Source: a phage. From it: 64,000 bases of DNA. The position numbers and the translations under genes are program-made. Under the pieces are notes generated by a model. That model was not told the DNA's origin and did not search any database. It saw nothing but the letters and a program-made list of their open reading frames with translations. Of the stretch, positions 26,823-35,148 are shown piece by piece (positions within the stretch are counted from its first letter, which is position 1; each line of letters begins with the position of its first letter). Location: assembly GCA_024614665.1 (NCBI GenBank), contig GCA_024614665.1_4861.1, one strand, 5' to 3'.

Positions 26823-27422
26823 TCATAATAAGCACAAGCTCTCAAGCCACAGATGTCCTTCAAGCGCATGGTGGTAACAAGGAATACCACACTGCTTAGC
26901 GTATTTCACGCCCATGGCAGTACCGCCGGTCGGATTACCTTGTTTATCTAAAGGCGCAGAGTAATAGACTGCGTCTACAGGCGTTGCTAAATCATCGCCC
27001 ATAATTATATTCAGATTACGCCCGTGAAGCGCCCAGGCGAACTCCTGGAGCTTTTCTGGCGCGGGATGAAGCTTACCCACTATCTCACGATAGCGGTCGT
27101 CCTGAGGGATTACACGGAACTCTACGTTGGGGTTCTGTTTCTTGAGCCAAAGCTTTTTCTCATCGGGTAAATAGCAGATGAACTCGTCATCCCACACCAC
27201 TTTCTTGCCAGTGTTCTGGTCTATTGTATTCGCCCACTGTCGGGCAAATCGGAATTGCAATTGGTCTGGGCCACACCAGCAGCCGCCAGAAGAAAAATGA
27301 ATCGTGTAGCCTTTGGCGTGCAGCGCATTAAACCCACGTAACAATCGCATGTACATTTCAGACATGGTATCTTCATCAGTCTTCCGAGAACCGATTACCG
27401 CAATTTTATAAATCTTTTTCAT
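26823..27422 (-). CDS. DprA/Smf-like (SLOG superfamily) Rossmann-fold protein, 199 aa
   Basis: IAVIGSR ... SSGG ... GPDQ arrangement resembles the DprA/LOG nucleotide-binding core. Confidence 0.45.
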   Translation of the reverse strand: MKKIYKIAVIGSRKTDEDTMSEMYMRLLRGFNALHAKGYTIHFSSGGCWCGPDQLQFRFARQWANTIDQNTGKKVVWDDEFICYLPDEKKLWLKKQNPNVEFRVIPQDDRYREIVGKLHPAPEKLQEFAWALHGRNLNIIMGDDLATPVDAVYYSAPLDKQGNPTGGTAMGVKYAKQCGIPCYHHALEGHLWLESLCLL

Positions 27423-27462
27423 GGACTTACCTCCTATACGGAGTGGACGATTCGTAAGAAAA

Positions 27463-27489
27463 AATAAATACCTACCCTCGCTAAACGGG
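27463..27489 (-). terminator. hairpin terminator
   Basis: CTACCCTCGC-TAAACG-GGCGAGGGTAG then U-run; downstream of 27503..28120. Confidence 0.55.
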
Positions 27490-27502
27490 CGAGGGTAGTG
27501 TC

Positions 27503-28120
27503 TTAAACAAACTCACGATAACGAAAACCGTTAAGCTTCGAGATAGTCACTTCTTCTAACAGCTTACGCCCCCAGAAACCAGCCAGGTCGTATTCCAGAC
27601 CAGGCAGCGTTGTCTTGGTTAAGTCTTGGCCGATATGGTACGGTAGCGTAATGCGTGTGCGTGATTCGTAAACAAATGATTCGCATTCATAGACGAGGAC
27701 GTATCGATCGGTCGGGATGTCATACTCCACGTGGCATTGCGCGGGGTTTTCCCACGCCTTACTTACAACGATGCCGCGTTCTGCACACGCCGATTCAAAA
27801 CTAGCCATTGCAGGTTCAGACCATACGCGCAAATCGGCCGGTTTACCTTTCGACAAATCAAACCATGTGAGATGTTCAGGCTTCAACGTGATGATATCAT
27901 TGAGGCTCAATTTGCGGTAACGCACAACCACATAGTCGTCCGGCTTACTCTTATTAGTCAGCAAAGCACTTACACGACCGTCTGGTTCCGGCGGACCATA
28001 ACTCTCCACACGGATACGTTCTGTGGTCAGGGGCGTATAAACGGTTTCGGCATTAAAAGCATTGACTAAATCGAGCAAGGTTTGACTGTGATGGTGGTTA
28101 AAGTCAATAACAAAAGACAT
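27503..28120 (-). CDS. hypothetical protein, 205 aa
   Basis: ORF track; hairpin terminator downstream. Confidence 0.55.
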   Translation of the reverse strand: MSFVIDFNHHHSQTLLDLVNAFNAETVYTPLTTERIRVESYGPPEPDGRVSALLTNKSKPDDYVVVRYRKLSLNDIITLKPEHLTWFDLSKGKPADLRVWSEPAMASFESACAERGIVVSKAWENPAQCHVEYDIPTDRYVLVYECESFVYESRTRITLPYHIGQDLTKTTLPGLEYDLAGFWGRKLLEEVTISKLNGFRYREFV

Positions 28121-28181
28121 GCCTCGCTCCTGGTATTTGATTAAGGGGGGTCATAATACTTCACAGGAAAATAATAAACAG

Positions 28182-28203
28182 TATAGGGGCCGAAGCCCCT
28201 ATA
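28182..28203 (-). terminator. UUCG-loop hairpin terminator
   Basis: TATAGGGGC-CGAA-GCCCCTATA downstream of the secreted protein gene. Confidence 0.55.
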
Positions 28204-28211
28204 CGCTGTGT

Positions 28212-28601
28212 TTAGTAATCGTACAAAGGATACCGCGCGGAAATTTCTTTACCTACCCAAAAAGTTAACCGTAGGTTATTAACTCTGCAGTGTGTTCGTA
28301 CTGACGGGGCAATTGTCGCTTTAACTTTCGACGAACACGTACCCGCATCTATTGGCTGGTACGTCTTGCGCTTTGTGTTAACGAGATAAAAGCCACCACC
28401 TGGACACAGTTCAGAACGTCCGTAGTTAACCACGGCAAACTCACCATTTTCCACCGTCACGACTGGTTCATCTTTGTCGCTGAATTTCACAGGTGCGTCA
28501 GTTTCCCACATTGGTTTGTATTGCGGGAAGTCCTGAACAGTAAACGCGTATACTGACGTAGTAACGCAAATTATAAACACAGCTAATACAGCACGCATCA
28601 T
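28212..28601 (-). CDS. secreted/periplasmic protein with N-terminal signal peptide, 129 aa
   Basis: MMRAVLAVFIICVTTSVYA hydrophobic leader with A-x-A-like cleavage context; four Cys in the mature part. Confidence 0.55.
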   Translation of the reverse strand: MMRAVLAVFIICVTTSVYAFTVQDFPQYKPMWETDAPVKFSDKDEPVVTVENGEFAVVNYGRSELCPGGGFYLVNTKRKTYQPIDAGTCSSKVKATIAPSVRTHCRVNNLRLTFWVGKEISARYPLYDY

Positions 28602-28603
28602 AT

Positions 28604-29080
28604 CTAGTCCTCTTCCAGATAGGGTAGAAGCCAGTCCATTTTCTCCAAACGGTGAATCATGTTGCGAGTGTTTGGCGATACCTGTAAGGCATCGTGGAAC
28701 TGTTTTTTGAAGTGATGCCAGTGATAAGAGAAAGGTTTAGTTGGATAGCCCGCTTCCTTGAGAACCTCTTCCCATTCCAACTTCTGGATAAGGTGTTCGT
28801 CAACCAAAACCACAACTAAAGCCTTCCAGGCACTCCGACGAAAATGCCGGGACAACCGATGTTTTAAATCGGCATAACTTTTTCTTTTACTGGACCGTAT
28901 TGCTGGTGAAGTCTTACTGTGATGAAAAGAACGTCTCGTAAGATTCAGAATCTTAACAGGAGTACCCCTAAGCGAACTGTCTGCAATATTCAGTTCATGC
29001 TGAGGAACAAGCTCCACACGGCGGATGACGTTTATACGGGTTCCATCCGTATCTCGTGTTTCGTAAGCAACACGTATCAT
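28604..29080 (-). CDS. hypothetical basic protein, 158 aa
   Basis: ORF track. Confidence 0.5.
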   Translation of the reverse strand: MIRVAYETRDTDGTRINVIRRVELVPQHELNIADSSLRGTPVKILNLTRRSFHHSKTSPAIRSSKRKSYADLKHRLSRHFRRSAWKALVVVLVDEHLIQKLEWEEVLKEAGYPTKPFSYHWHHFKKQFHDALQVSPNTRNMIHRLEKMDWLLPYLEED

Positions 29081-29097
29081 TATACACTCTCGCTCGT

Positions 29098-29583
29098 TTA
29101 GACGAATTGACCTTCTGCCATCGAAAGAAAAATGGGAACGCTTTCAGCGTAATGAGTTAAAAGCTTTTCCTCCGGTGGCGTGTGTGACGAAATAACATTG
29201 TAGTTCGTCATACGAAAATACCGTTGGCCGTCAGCAGCAATATACCATCGGTCAATCTGGAAGCCTTGTTGGTGAAAGAATCCCAGCGCAGGAATATTAG
29301 TCGGGTGAACACGACAGCTGATGTGTTTACGATCGGAGTTCTGTTGAAGGTACTTAAGCATAAATCTACCGACGCCGCCGCGTCGCGATTCCTCGGGCAC
29401 AACCATATAGACCAAATGGCCAGGTTCCCATGCCATGATTCCCCGCACGATATCATCCTCAACAAACATCGTGAGTTTAATAGGCTCCTCACGAATACTG
29501 TTTAAGTCGCGTACCCATTCAACCAGTTCAGGATAAACGTTCGCAGGAATCTTATCCTCGACCACATTAATAACAAGCATCAC
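29098..29583 (-). CDS. GNAT family N-acetyltransferase, 161 aa
   Basis: VPEESRRGGVGRFMLKYL (motif A) and ALGFFHQQGF. Confidence 0.7.
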   Translation of the reverse strand: MMLVINVVEDKIPANVYPELVEWVRDLNSIREEPIKLTMFVEDDIVRGIMAWEPGHLVYMVVPEESRRGGVGRFMLKYLQQNSDRKHISCRVHPTNIPALGFFHQQGFQIDRWYIAADGQRYFRMTNYNVISSHTPPEEKLLTHYAESVPIFLSMAEGQFV

Positions 29584-30218
29584 TTCTCTCCACTAAGCAG
29601 GTATCTGGCTTCTGCCAATGATAGGGACGGTTTTAACAGCATGTGCAGCGGCAGGATTGTTGAACGGTGAAACTGTGCCGGTGTTTTTGCCAGGTATTCC
29701 AGATAGCGATTGACCGACATTTCTTGCCAATCGATAGTAGGACGAACCCAACTTATCTGTAACCATTTCCCCAATGAGACGTCACGCTTACCGCGTGGCA
29801 TAATTATACTTAACTTGTACCCGTGGTCAAACTGACGCGGCGGATGACCTGGCTCCCAAGGAACCTCGGGACCTGGCGCATCTGTGAGAAATCCTTCTTT
29901 AATTAACACATTTCTGATGGTAGCGAATATCCGTCCTCGTTGCGCGGTGATCTCTTTGACGTGTGCCATGGCATTTAGTTTACGTTTGGTAATCGCGGTA
30001 GAAAGAGCACTAACAAATTGCCCCTCGACATACGGCGCATTCAAACAGCTACGAAACGGCACGACGTAAAACGCTTCCCACAACACTTCTTCAGCTGCCG
30101 ACAATAACAACGCTTCTTTCTCAGCAGCAGTAAAATCCACAGATAACATTTTAGTAAATGAGCCTAATATAGCGCTAAACGGTAGTAGTACAGACCGTTG
30201 ACGAAACTGTAATTGCAT
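29580..30218 (-). CDS. hypothetical protein, 212 aa
   Basis: ORF track; overlaps the GNAT start by 4 nt. Confidence 0.5.
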   Translation of the reverse strand: MQLQFRQRSVLLPFSAILGSFTKMLSVDFTAAEKEALLLSAAEEVLWEAFYVVPFRSCLNAPYVEGQFVSALSTAITKRKLNAMAHVKEITAQRGRIFATIRNVLIKEGFLTDAPGPEVPWEPGHPPRQFDHGYKLSIIMPRGKRDVSLGKWLQISWVRPTIDWQEMSVNRYLEYLAKTPAQFHRSTILPLHMLLKPSLSLAEARYLLSGEK

Positions 30219-30282
30219 TTTTTATATTCCTTTTGGTCTTGCTTACACAGTAATTTACATAGACGTAATAAAAAAATAAGAA

Positions 30283-30310
30283 GCCTCTTCTCCCAAAGGA
30301 GAAGAGGGCT
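30283..30310 (-). terminator. hairpin terminator
   Basis: GCCTCTTCTCC-CAAA-GGAGAAGAGGGC with U-run; downstream of 30314..30886. Confidence 0.6.
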
Positions 30311-30313
30311 TAA

Positions 30314-30886
30314 TTACACTTTAGATGCGGTAGTCTGTTGCTTCGCGTTGCTCTTGTTCAGCTTATACTCAACGACTTTGGCACCAATGGCCATCGAATT
30401 GTAAGCAAGCGTCTTAATCGGCCATGTGAAGAACACGGCCTGAGCAAACAAAGGTAAGAGCGCCACAATCAACACATCCGTCAATTCTTGCGGATAGTGC
30501 AGGTGTGTATCCCAGGCCATTGCTGCGGAGACCAGTACGGTGGTAAGCACCAGTAAAGCGATAAGGACTTTCTGAGGACCTTTTAAATTCGGCCACAGGG
30601 TCAATAACGTTTCTTTGGCAAGTTTTTCATTCATACTCTCCACAGCTGCTTTCGCCTGTGATTCAAACGTCTTCGCCATATTCCCAACCTGTTCAAGAAT
30701 CAGGGGGCGTAGTGACGTAAGAATCACGTTAGCAGGTTTAGTGACATCAATTACAACATCACTTCCCAAAGCGGTCTGAGCGGCTGTTTTTAGTCGGGCG
30801 CTCTCTTCCAGGCTTAATTTATTGGTGCCCGCCTGGATAAGAACATCCAACACATCCGTCGAAGCTTCTTGCAAAGACTGCGACAT
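30314..30886 (-). CDS. membrane protein with two C-terminal TM helices, 190 aa
   Basis: Hydrophobic segments VLIALLVLTTVLVSAAMAW and VLIVALLPLFAQAVFFTW. Confidence 0.55.
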   Translation of the reverse strand: MSQSLQEASTDVLDVLIQAGTNKLSLEESARLKTAAQTALGSDVVIDVTKPANVILTSLRPLILEQVGNMAKTFESQAKAAVESMNEKLAKETLLTLWPNLKGPQKVLIALLVLTTVLVSAAMAWDTHLHYPQELTDVLIVALLPLFAQAVFFTWPIKTLAYNSMAIGAKVVEYKLNKSNAKQQTTASKV

Positions 30887-30888
30887 CG

Positions 30889-31539
30889 CTATTTCCTCCG
30901 GCGTCTTCCTTTCCGCTTACCGGCCTTAGCTTTAGGAACCTTAACCTTGGGCGGAAGGAGACTATTTAGGTTTAATAAGTTGACCCTGACGAAGATATTA
31001 CCCACCGCCACGGCATCGATACTGTGTTCATCCAATACCGATAAGTCGCACCTGGTATGGTTCGCGTAGAGTTTGGTCACCGCTTGTTGCATATGCGATT
31101 TATCTGTACCCTTTGCTTCCACACCAACGTACGACTTCACAATAATAGGATTAAACCCATGGAGATATTTTTCGGGAAACACGTCCCAAAGCGTTCGCCG
31201 CAACATCAGTTGCAACTCCACCCCAGACTCGTACGCTGAGAGCTTAGCTCTTCGCATGAATGGAGTTTCGGTAGCGACAAAAGTCGGCCTTGCCAGTTTT
31301 AAAAACTCGCGAAAGCGTTCTTCTAATTCCACCAAACGCGCATCACGTTTCCCTACGCACTCGCCAAAGGCGCTATTGTGCGTAGGGTCCGCAACATGAG
31401 CCGTTCCCGCCCAGACAACTTCACCTTGAGGTTGGCCAAATTCCCAGTCGATAACCGCCATCCCAAGATGGGCGGTACCGGGGTCAACAGCCGCAATCCT
31501 CACCATACTGTCGGGTAACCTCGGCTCAGGAATCAGCAT
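30889..31539 (-). CDS. RuvC-like Holliday junction resolvase with polybasic C-terminal tail
   Basis: IAAVDPGT (Asp 1), FVATETPF (Glu) and EHSIDAVAVG (Asp 3/4 region) in RuvC order; tail KAKAGKRKGRRRRK; TGATG coupling to upstream gene. Confidence 0.6.
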   Translation of the reverse strand: MLIPEPRLPDSMVRIAAVDPGTAHLGMAVIDWEFGQPQGEVVWAGTAHVADPTHNSAFGECVGKRDARLVELEERFREFLKLARPTFVATETPFMRRAKLSAYESGVELQLMLRRTLWDVFPEKYLHGFNPIIVKSYVGVEAKGTDKSHMQQAVTKLYANHTRCDLSVLDEHSIDAVAVGNIFVRVNLLNLNSLLPPKVKVPKAKAGKRKGRRRRK

Positions 31540-32426
31540 CAGTTAGCTGTCCCTAAGAACCACGGTGCTGGCTGGCCGATACGGATGGTCAGTGACAGAC
31601 GATCGTTGGTCTGTGCCAGGTTAGTGAACAGTGAGATGTAGTACAACGCTTGCACACCGATAGCTTCGTCGTAGCTGAACTGCGAACCGGTAGCCGACTC
31701 ACCCGTTTCAGGGGTATCAACGCCAGAGCACAGCGCAATTTCAGAGATAATCGAACTACGTGGTGTGCCACGTAGAATCGCCGTCACGTTCATGTATTCC
31801 TGAACATCAAACTCAGTCCATGGAATCACCAGGTCTGCGCCCGATTCAACATAACGACCGTCGGGGATCTCTACAGTGCCGTCATCGTCGTAATCGTAGT
31901 CTGGGAGTTCTTTCGGTACCGGGTTCAGTTCCGCATCGGTATAGACGAAATCTTTGACGGTTTCAACACCGTTTTCGCGAGTGATATCCAGGTCAGTGGT
32001 CTTCACTGCGCGCATATCGATACGTTTCAGATAGTACGCCCAGTAATCCCGCGCGCCGATAGTTTCACGAGTACGGAAAGCGTACTGTTTACGTTGCTCA
32101 TCAGATAAGTCATTATCCAATGTACGCAGTACCAATGGAACGCGCGAGAACATCCCTGACGTAATCGGGGATTTCGCGACAGGAACAACGTCTGCCACAA
32201 CATCAGACTGATCAACAATGTGTCCGCGATTGCCTACGCACATGTATCCTAAATGCGGGCGTGTAGCGCCATCGGGCACTTTCGAGGTCATGAGTTTATA
32301 AAACTCGTTCATCGTGGATTTCTGTGGGTACTGCACGTCAGCGCCTGTCAATAACGCGGTCGTAAGTCGCATCGCGTTAAGAGTCACTGTTGACAGTTTA
32401 CCATCGTAAACTTTGGTGTTAGCCAT
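31539..32426 (-). CDS. hypothetical protein, 295 aa
   Basis: ORF track. Confidence 0.55.
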   Translation of the reverse strand: MANTKVYDGKLSTVTLNAMRLTTALLTGADVQYPQKSTMNEFYKLMTSKVPDGATRPHLGYMCVGNRGHIVDQSDVVADVVPVAKSPITSGMFSRVPLVLRTLDNDLSDEQRKQYAFRTRETIGARDYWAYYLKRIDMRAVKTTDLDITRENGVETVKDFVYTDAELNPVPKELPDYDYDDDGTVEIPDGRYVESGADLVIPWTEFDVQEYMNVTAILRGTPRSSIISEIALCSGVDTPETGESATGSQFSYDEAIGVQALYYISLFTNLAQTNDRLSLTIRIGQPAPWFLGTAN

Positions 32427-32946
32427 TTAAAAATTCTCCTGGGCGAAACCCGTCGAGTGCCCGTTTAGTTACCAGCTGCGCCAGCTTACGGGGAGTTGGG
32501 TCAACAAAAGTAATCGCAATCGTGCCTTTGAAAGATAGATGGTGCGGGATTAAGCGCGCCTCATACGATTCCATTTCTGGGGTAATCGGTTCAACCATGA
32601 TATCGTAGGTGTCGAGCTGGAGACCCAGCTCATCGACAATATACGGAACTAATTCATGGCTCCATTCCACCGCACCTTTCGGGACTTCAACCGTTACGTC
32701 TTTAAGTAACTTGTTTAAGTCCGCACGAGTCAGGTAAAACTCTTGGGTGCCGTGTACTCCATTTACAAAGCGCGCCGCAACTTTAGACTCCACGCCTTTA
32801 GCGCGTCGCTCTGCTTGGGTCAGCGGCCACACCCCACGTGGGTTAAACTCGTAGTTATTTTCACTATACGATAACTTAAAAACGTAATTGATTCTCTCAA
32901 CCAGAATCTGTTTCGGGGTTTTTGATAAATCTATACGGTATCCCAT
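32419..32946 (-). CDS. hypothetical protein, 175 aa
   Basis: ORF track. Confidence 0.55.
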   Translation of the reverse strand: MGYRIDLSKTPKQILVERINYVFKLSYSENNYEFNPRGVWPLTQAERRAKGVESKVAARFVNGVHGTQEFYLTRADLNKLLKDVTVEVPKGAVEWSHELVPYIVDELGLQLDTYDIMVEPITPEMESYEARLIPHHLSFKGTIAITFVDPTPRKLAQLVTKRALDGFRPGEFLNG

Positions 32947-32953
32947 AAGTCAC

Positions 32954-35137
32954 TCACTTTGGTAATTGGTCTAGCCGGAAGCCATCCATGTCACGGTCGG
33001 CCACGCGCTCGGCAAGCGTCCACTCCTCAAATGACGTCCGCACACGGACAACGTCGATAGGCGGCTGTACCATATCGACCACAACATCCTGCTCGACCTT
33101 CACACGGATACCAGGGTAGACATTCATCCGCAACTTAATACGTTGCGGGATTGCCATTTCCTTTATCACGGGAGCGACAGGGATGGGCTTATCCGTCGTC
33201 ATGAATGAACTACGGCTCACACGCTGCACGTCTGTCAGAGGGTAAATGATATTTGTTGTATCGGCAGCCTCTGTGAGAATATCATCCAGAATCGGGATGA
33301 CTGGGTCGGTGACATCGTAGGTGTCAGAACCCATACGTGCGGCAAAATGGACAGTATACGACGAGAGTTTCGTCATTAACCGCACCATCGCGCGTTGTAT
33401 TTCAGCTTGTGAGACAGACGCACGTGTTTCCAGATTAGTGGCCACGTTTAGAGCGTCGGTGGCGATGTCCTGCCAGGTTTCCGCGGAGACTAACTCGTAA
33501 TCAAAACCAAACGTTTTAAAGAACTCGTCGTAATCGCGGTAAGGTAGGTCAAGATCGCACTTATAGTCACGGTAATGGTAGGTAAACAGCATTGTGCCGG
33601 CAGCACGGTCGGCTAGCTTGTGTCGATTATACGAGTAACGGTAACGACGACGCTTCTGCACCATGATTTCGCTAATTTCATCGTACAACTCATCTGCAGA
33701 CATCAAATTACCGATAACTTCATGATGCGTGTCCGTGTAATAGTTAATCAACGCATTAAAACGGCCGGGCCATGAACTTGGCAGATGCTGTTCCATCTCA
33801 TCAAAACCAACCCAGCGTTTGATTAGCACACCAAACACATTCCACACCGGGATTTTATCCAGTGCTACGCCAGAATAACCTTTGAAGCTCGCATACAAGA
33901 ACAGTGCCAGCAGCTCTTTTGAAGTGAGCTTTAGCGTGTCCCCGTTCGTTGGGTTAAGAATTTCGTGGTAAATGTTGTACTGTCCACGTGCCACGATATG
34001 CATCCACTCGTTGAACAAGCCATGCATAAATTCCCAACGTTCGATGGCCTCTGGGTCAATCGCCGTTACCTCAACTAACTTCGTTGGCAGGTTCGGATAC
34101 TGCGTCAAGCTCAAACGCCGATCGAGGTCTTCCTGATAGTCAGGTTCGTGCACTGGGTTATTGTACGCCAGATTGATTTCTTTCTGGATGATGTCAGTTG
34201 TGCTAACAATGTCCAGGTCACGGCCCGAGTCACGTTCAGTATAGTTAAGCGACGACTGGTAGCCGATCGGGAGTGGTGTCAGGTCATCGTCGCTGCCCGT
34301 CGTCGGGTCGTGAATCTGCTGGGCGACCTTATATCCAACAGCAGGCATACCCCAACCTGTCAGCAGGGTGTCAATCATCCAAGTAAAGATTTCTTCCTTA
34401 CCAGAGTTACGTTCCCAGTAACGGATATTGCGATACAGTGTGAATTTCTGCTTGAGGGTCAGGTACGGCATGAACTCGTGCAGTTCTTGGTGCGAAGCCA
34501 AGAACTCGGTCACGTAGTAGGAGTGCGTTTCGGTCGTAAACTGTAATCGTTTGCGGATGTACATGATAAGCCCCGGCCACACCGGGTACTGCTGCATGTA
34601 AAAGGCCAGTACGAAACAGTCGTTGTGAACTTTCCAGCCATCGGCCATGAAACGTACATGTGCCGCACGAATAAAGTTCTCAATATGTGTAATTAACGAC
34701 GTCTCCTGCGGTTCAACTAAAGCAGGATCGTAATACAAAATTGAGCAGTCATCGACACGTATCGCGTATGCAACATCAATCGGATTGAAAGTGCCGCGAA
34801 TGTATACTGCGTAGTCCGGATACTCGGCGATTAAGTCATCGATATACTCCGGGTTAGAACGATATACGTTTGAGGTCTTTTTATGACGGGAGAGGTTCTG
34901 CGTCGTTAACTCTATCTGCTCTTGCGTGTCGAGTGACGTAATGTATATCGGCTTGTCGATTGCATGTCGTTTACCTGCTAAGTGTAGGTAATACCGCCAC
35001 GTCTCACGGTTCTCGGAAACGAAACCGCCGTTTTTGGTTATTGCCAGGTTCATCTGTTGGGCGATGCTCTCTGATTTGACAATCAGGGATTTCGCTAACT
35101 GGATAGCCTGGTCACGAAAAATGTTAAATCTCTGCAT
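32954..35137 (-). CDS. large hypothetical protein, about 727 aa
   Basis: Long ORF; ATG at 35135-35137 (track uses TTG at 35149); diverges head-to-head from the 913-aa plus-strand gene. Confidence 0.6.
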   Translation of the reverse strand: MQRFNIFRDQAIQLAKSLIVKSESIAQQMNLAITKNGGFVSENRETWRYYLHLAGKRHAIDKPIYITSLDTQEQIELTTQNLSRHKKTSNVYRSNPEYIDDLIAEYPDYAVYIRGTFNPIDVAYAIRVDDCSILYYDPALVEPQETSLITHIENFIRAAHVRFMADGWKVHNDCFVLAFYMQQYPVWPGLIMYIRKRLQFTTETHSYYVTEFLASHQELHEFMPYLTLKQKFTLYRNIRYWERNSGKEEIFTWMIDTLLTGWGMPAVGYKVAQQIHDPTTGSDDDLTPLPIGYQSSLNYTERDSGRDLDIVSTTDIIQKEINLAYNNPVHEPDYQEDLDRRLSLTQYPNLPTKLVEVTAIDPEAIERWEFMHGLFNEWMHIVARGQYNIYHEILNPTNGDTLKLTSKELLALFLYASFKGYSGVALDKIPVWNVFGVLIKRWVGFDEMEQHLPSSWPGRFNALINYYTDTHHEVIGNLMSADELYDEISEIMVQKRRRYRYSYNRHKLADRAAGTMLFTYHYRDYKCDLDLPYRDYDEFFKTFGFDYELVSAETWQDIATDALNVATNLETRASVSQAEIQRAMVRLMTKLSSYTVHFAARMGSDTYDVTDPVIPILDDILTEAADTTNIIYPLTDVQRVSRSSFMTTDKPIPVAPVIKEMAIPQRIKLRMNVYPGIRVKVEQDVVVDMVQPPIDVVRVRTSFEEWTLAERVADRDMDGFRLDQLPK

Positions 35138-35148
35138 CGGAGACCCCA

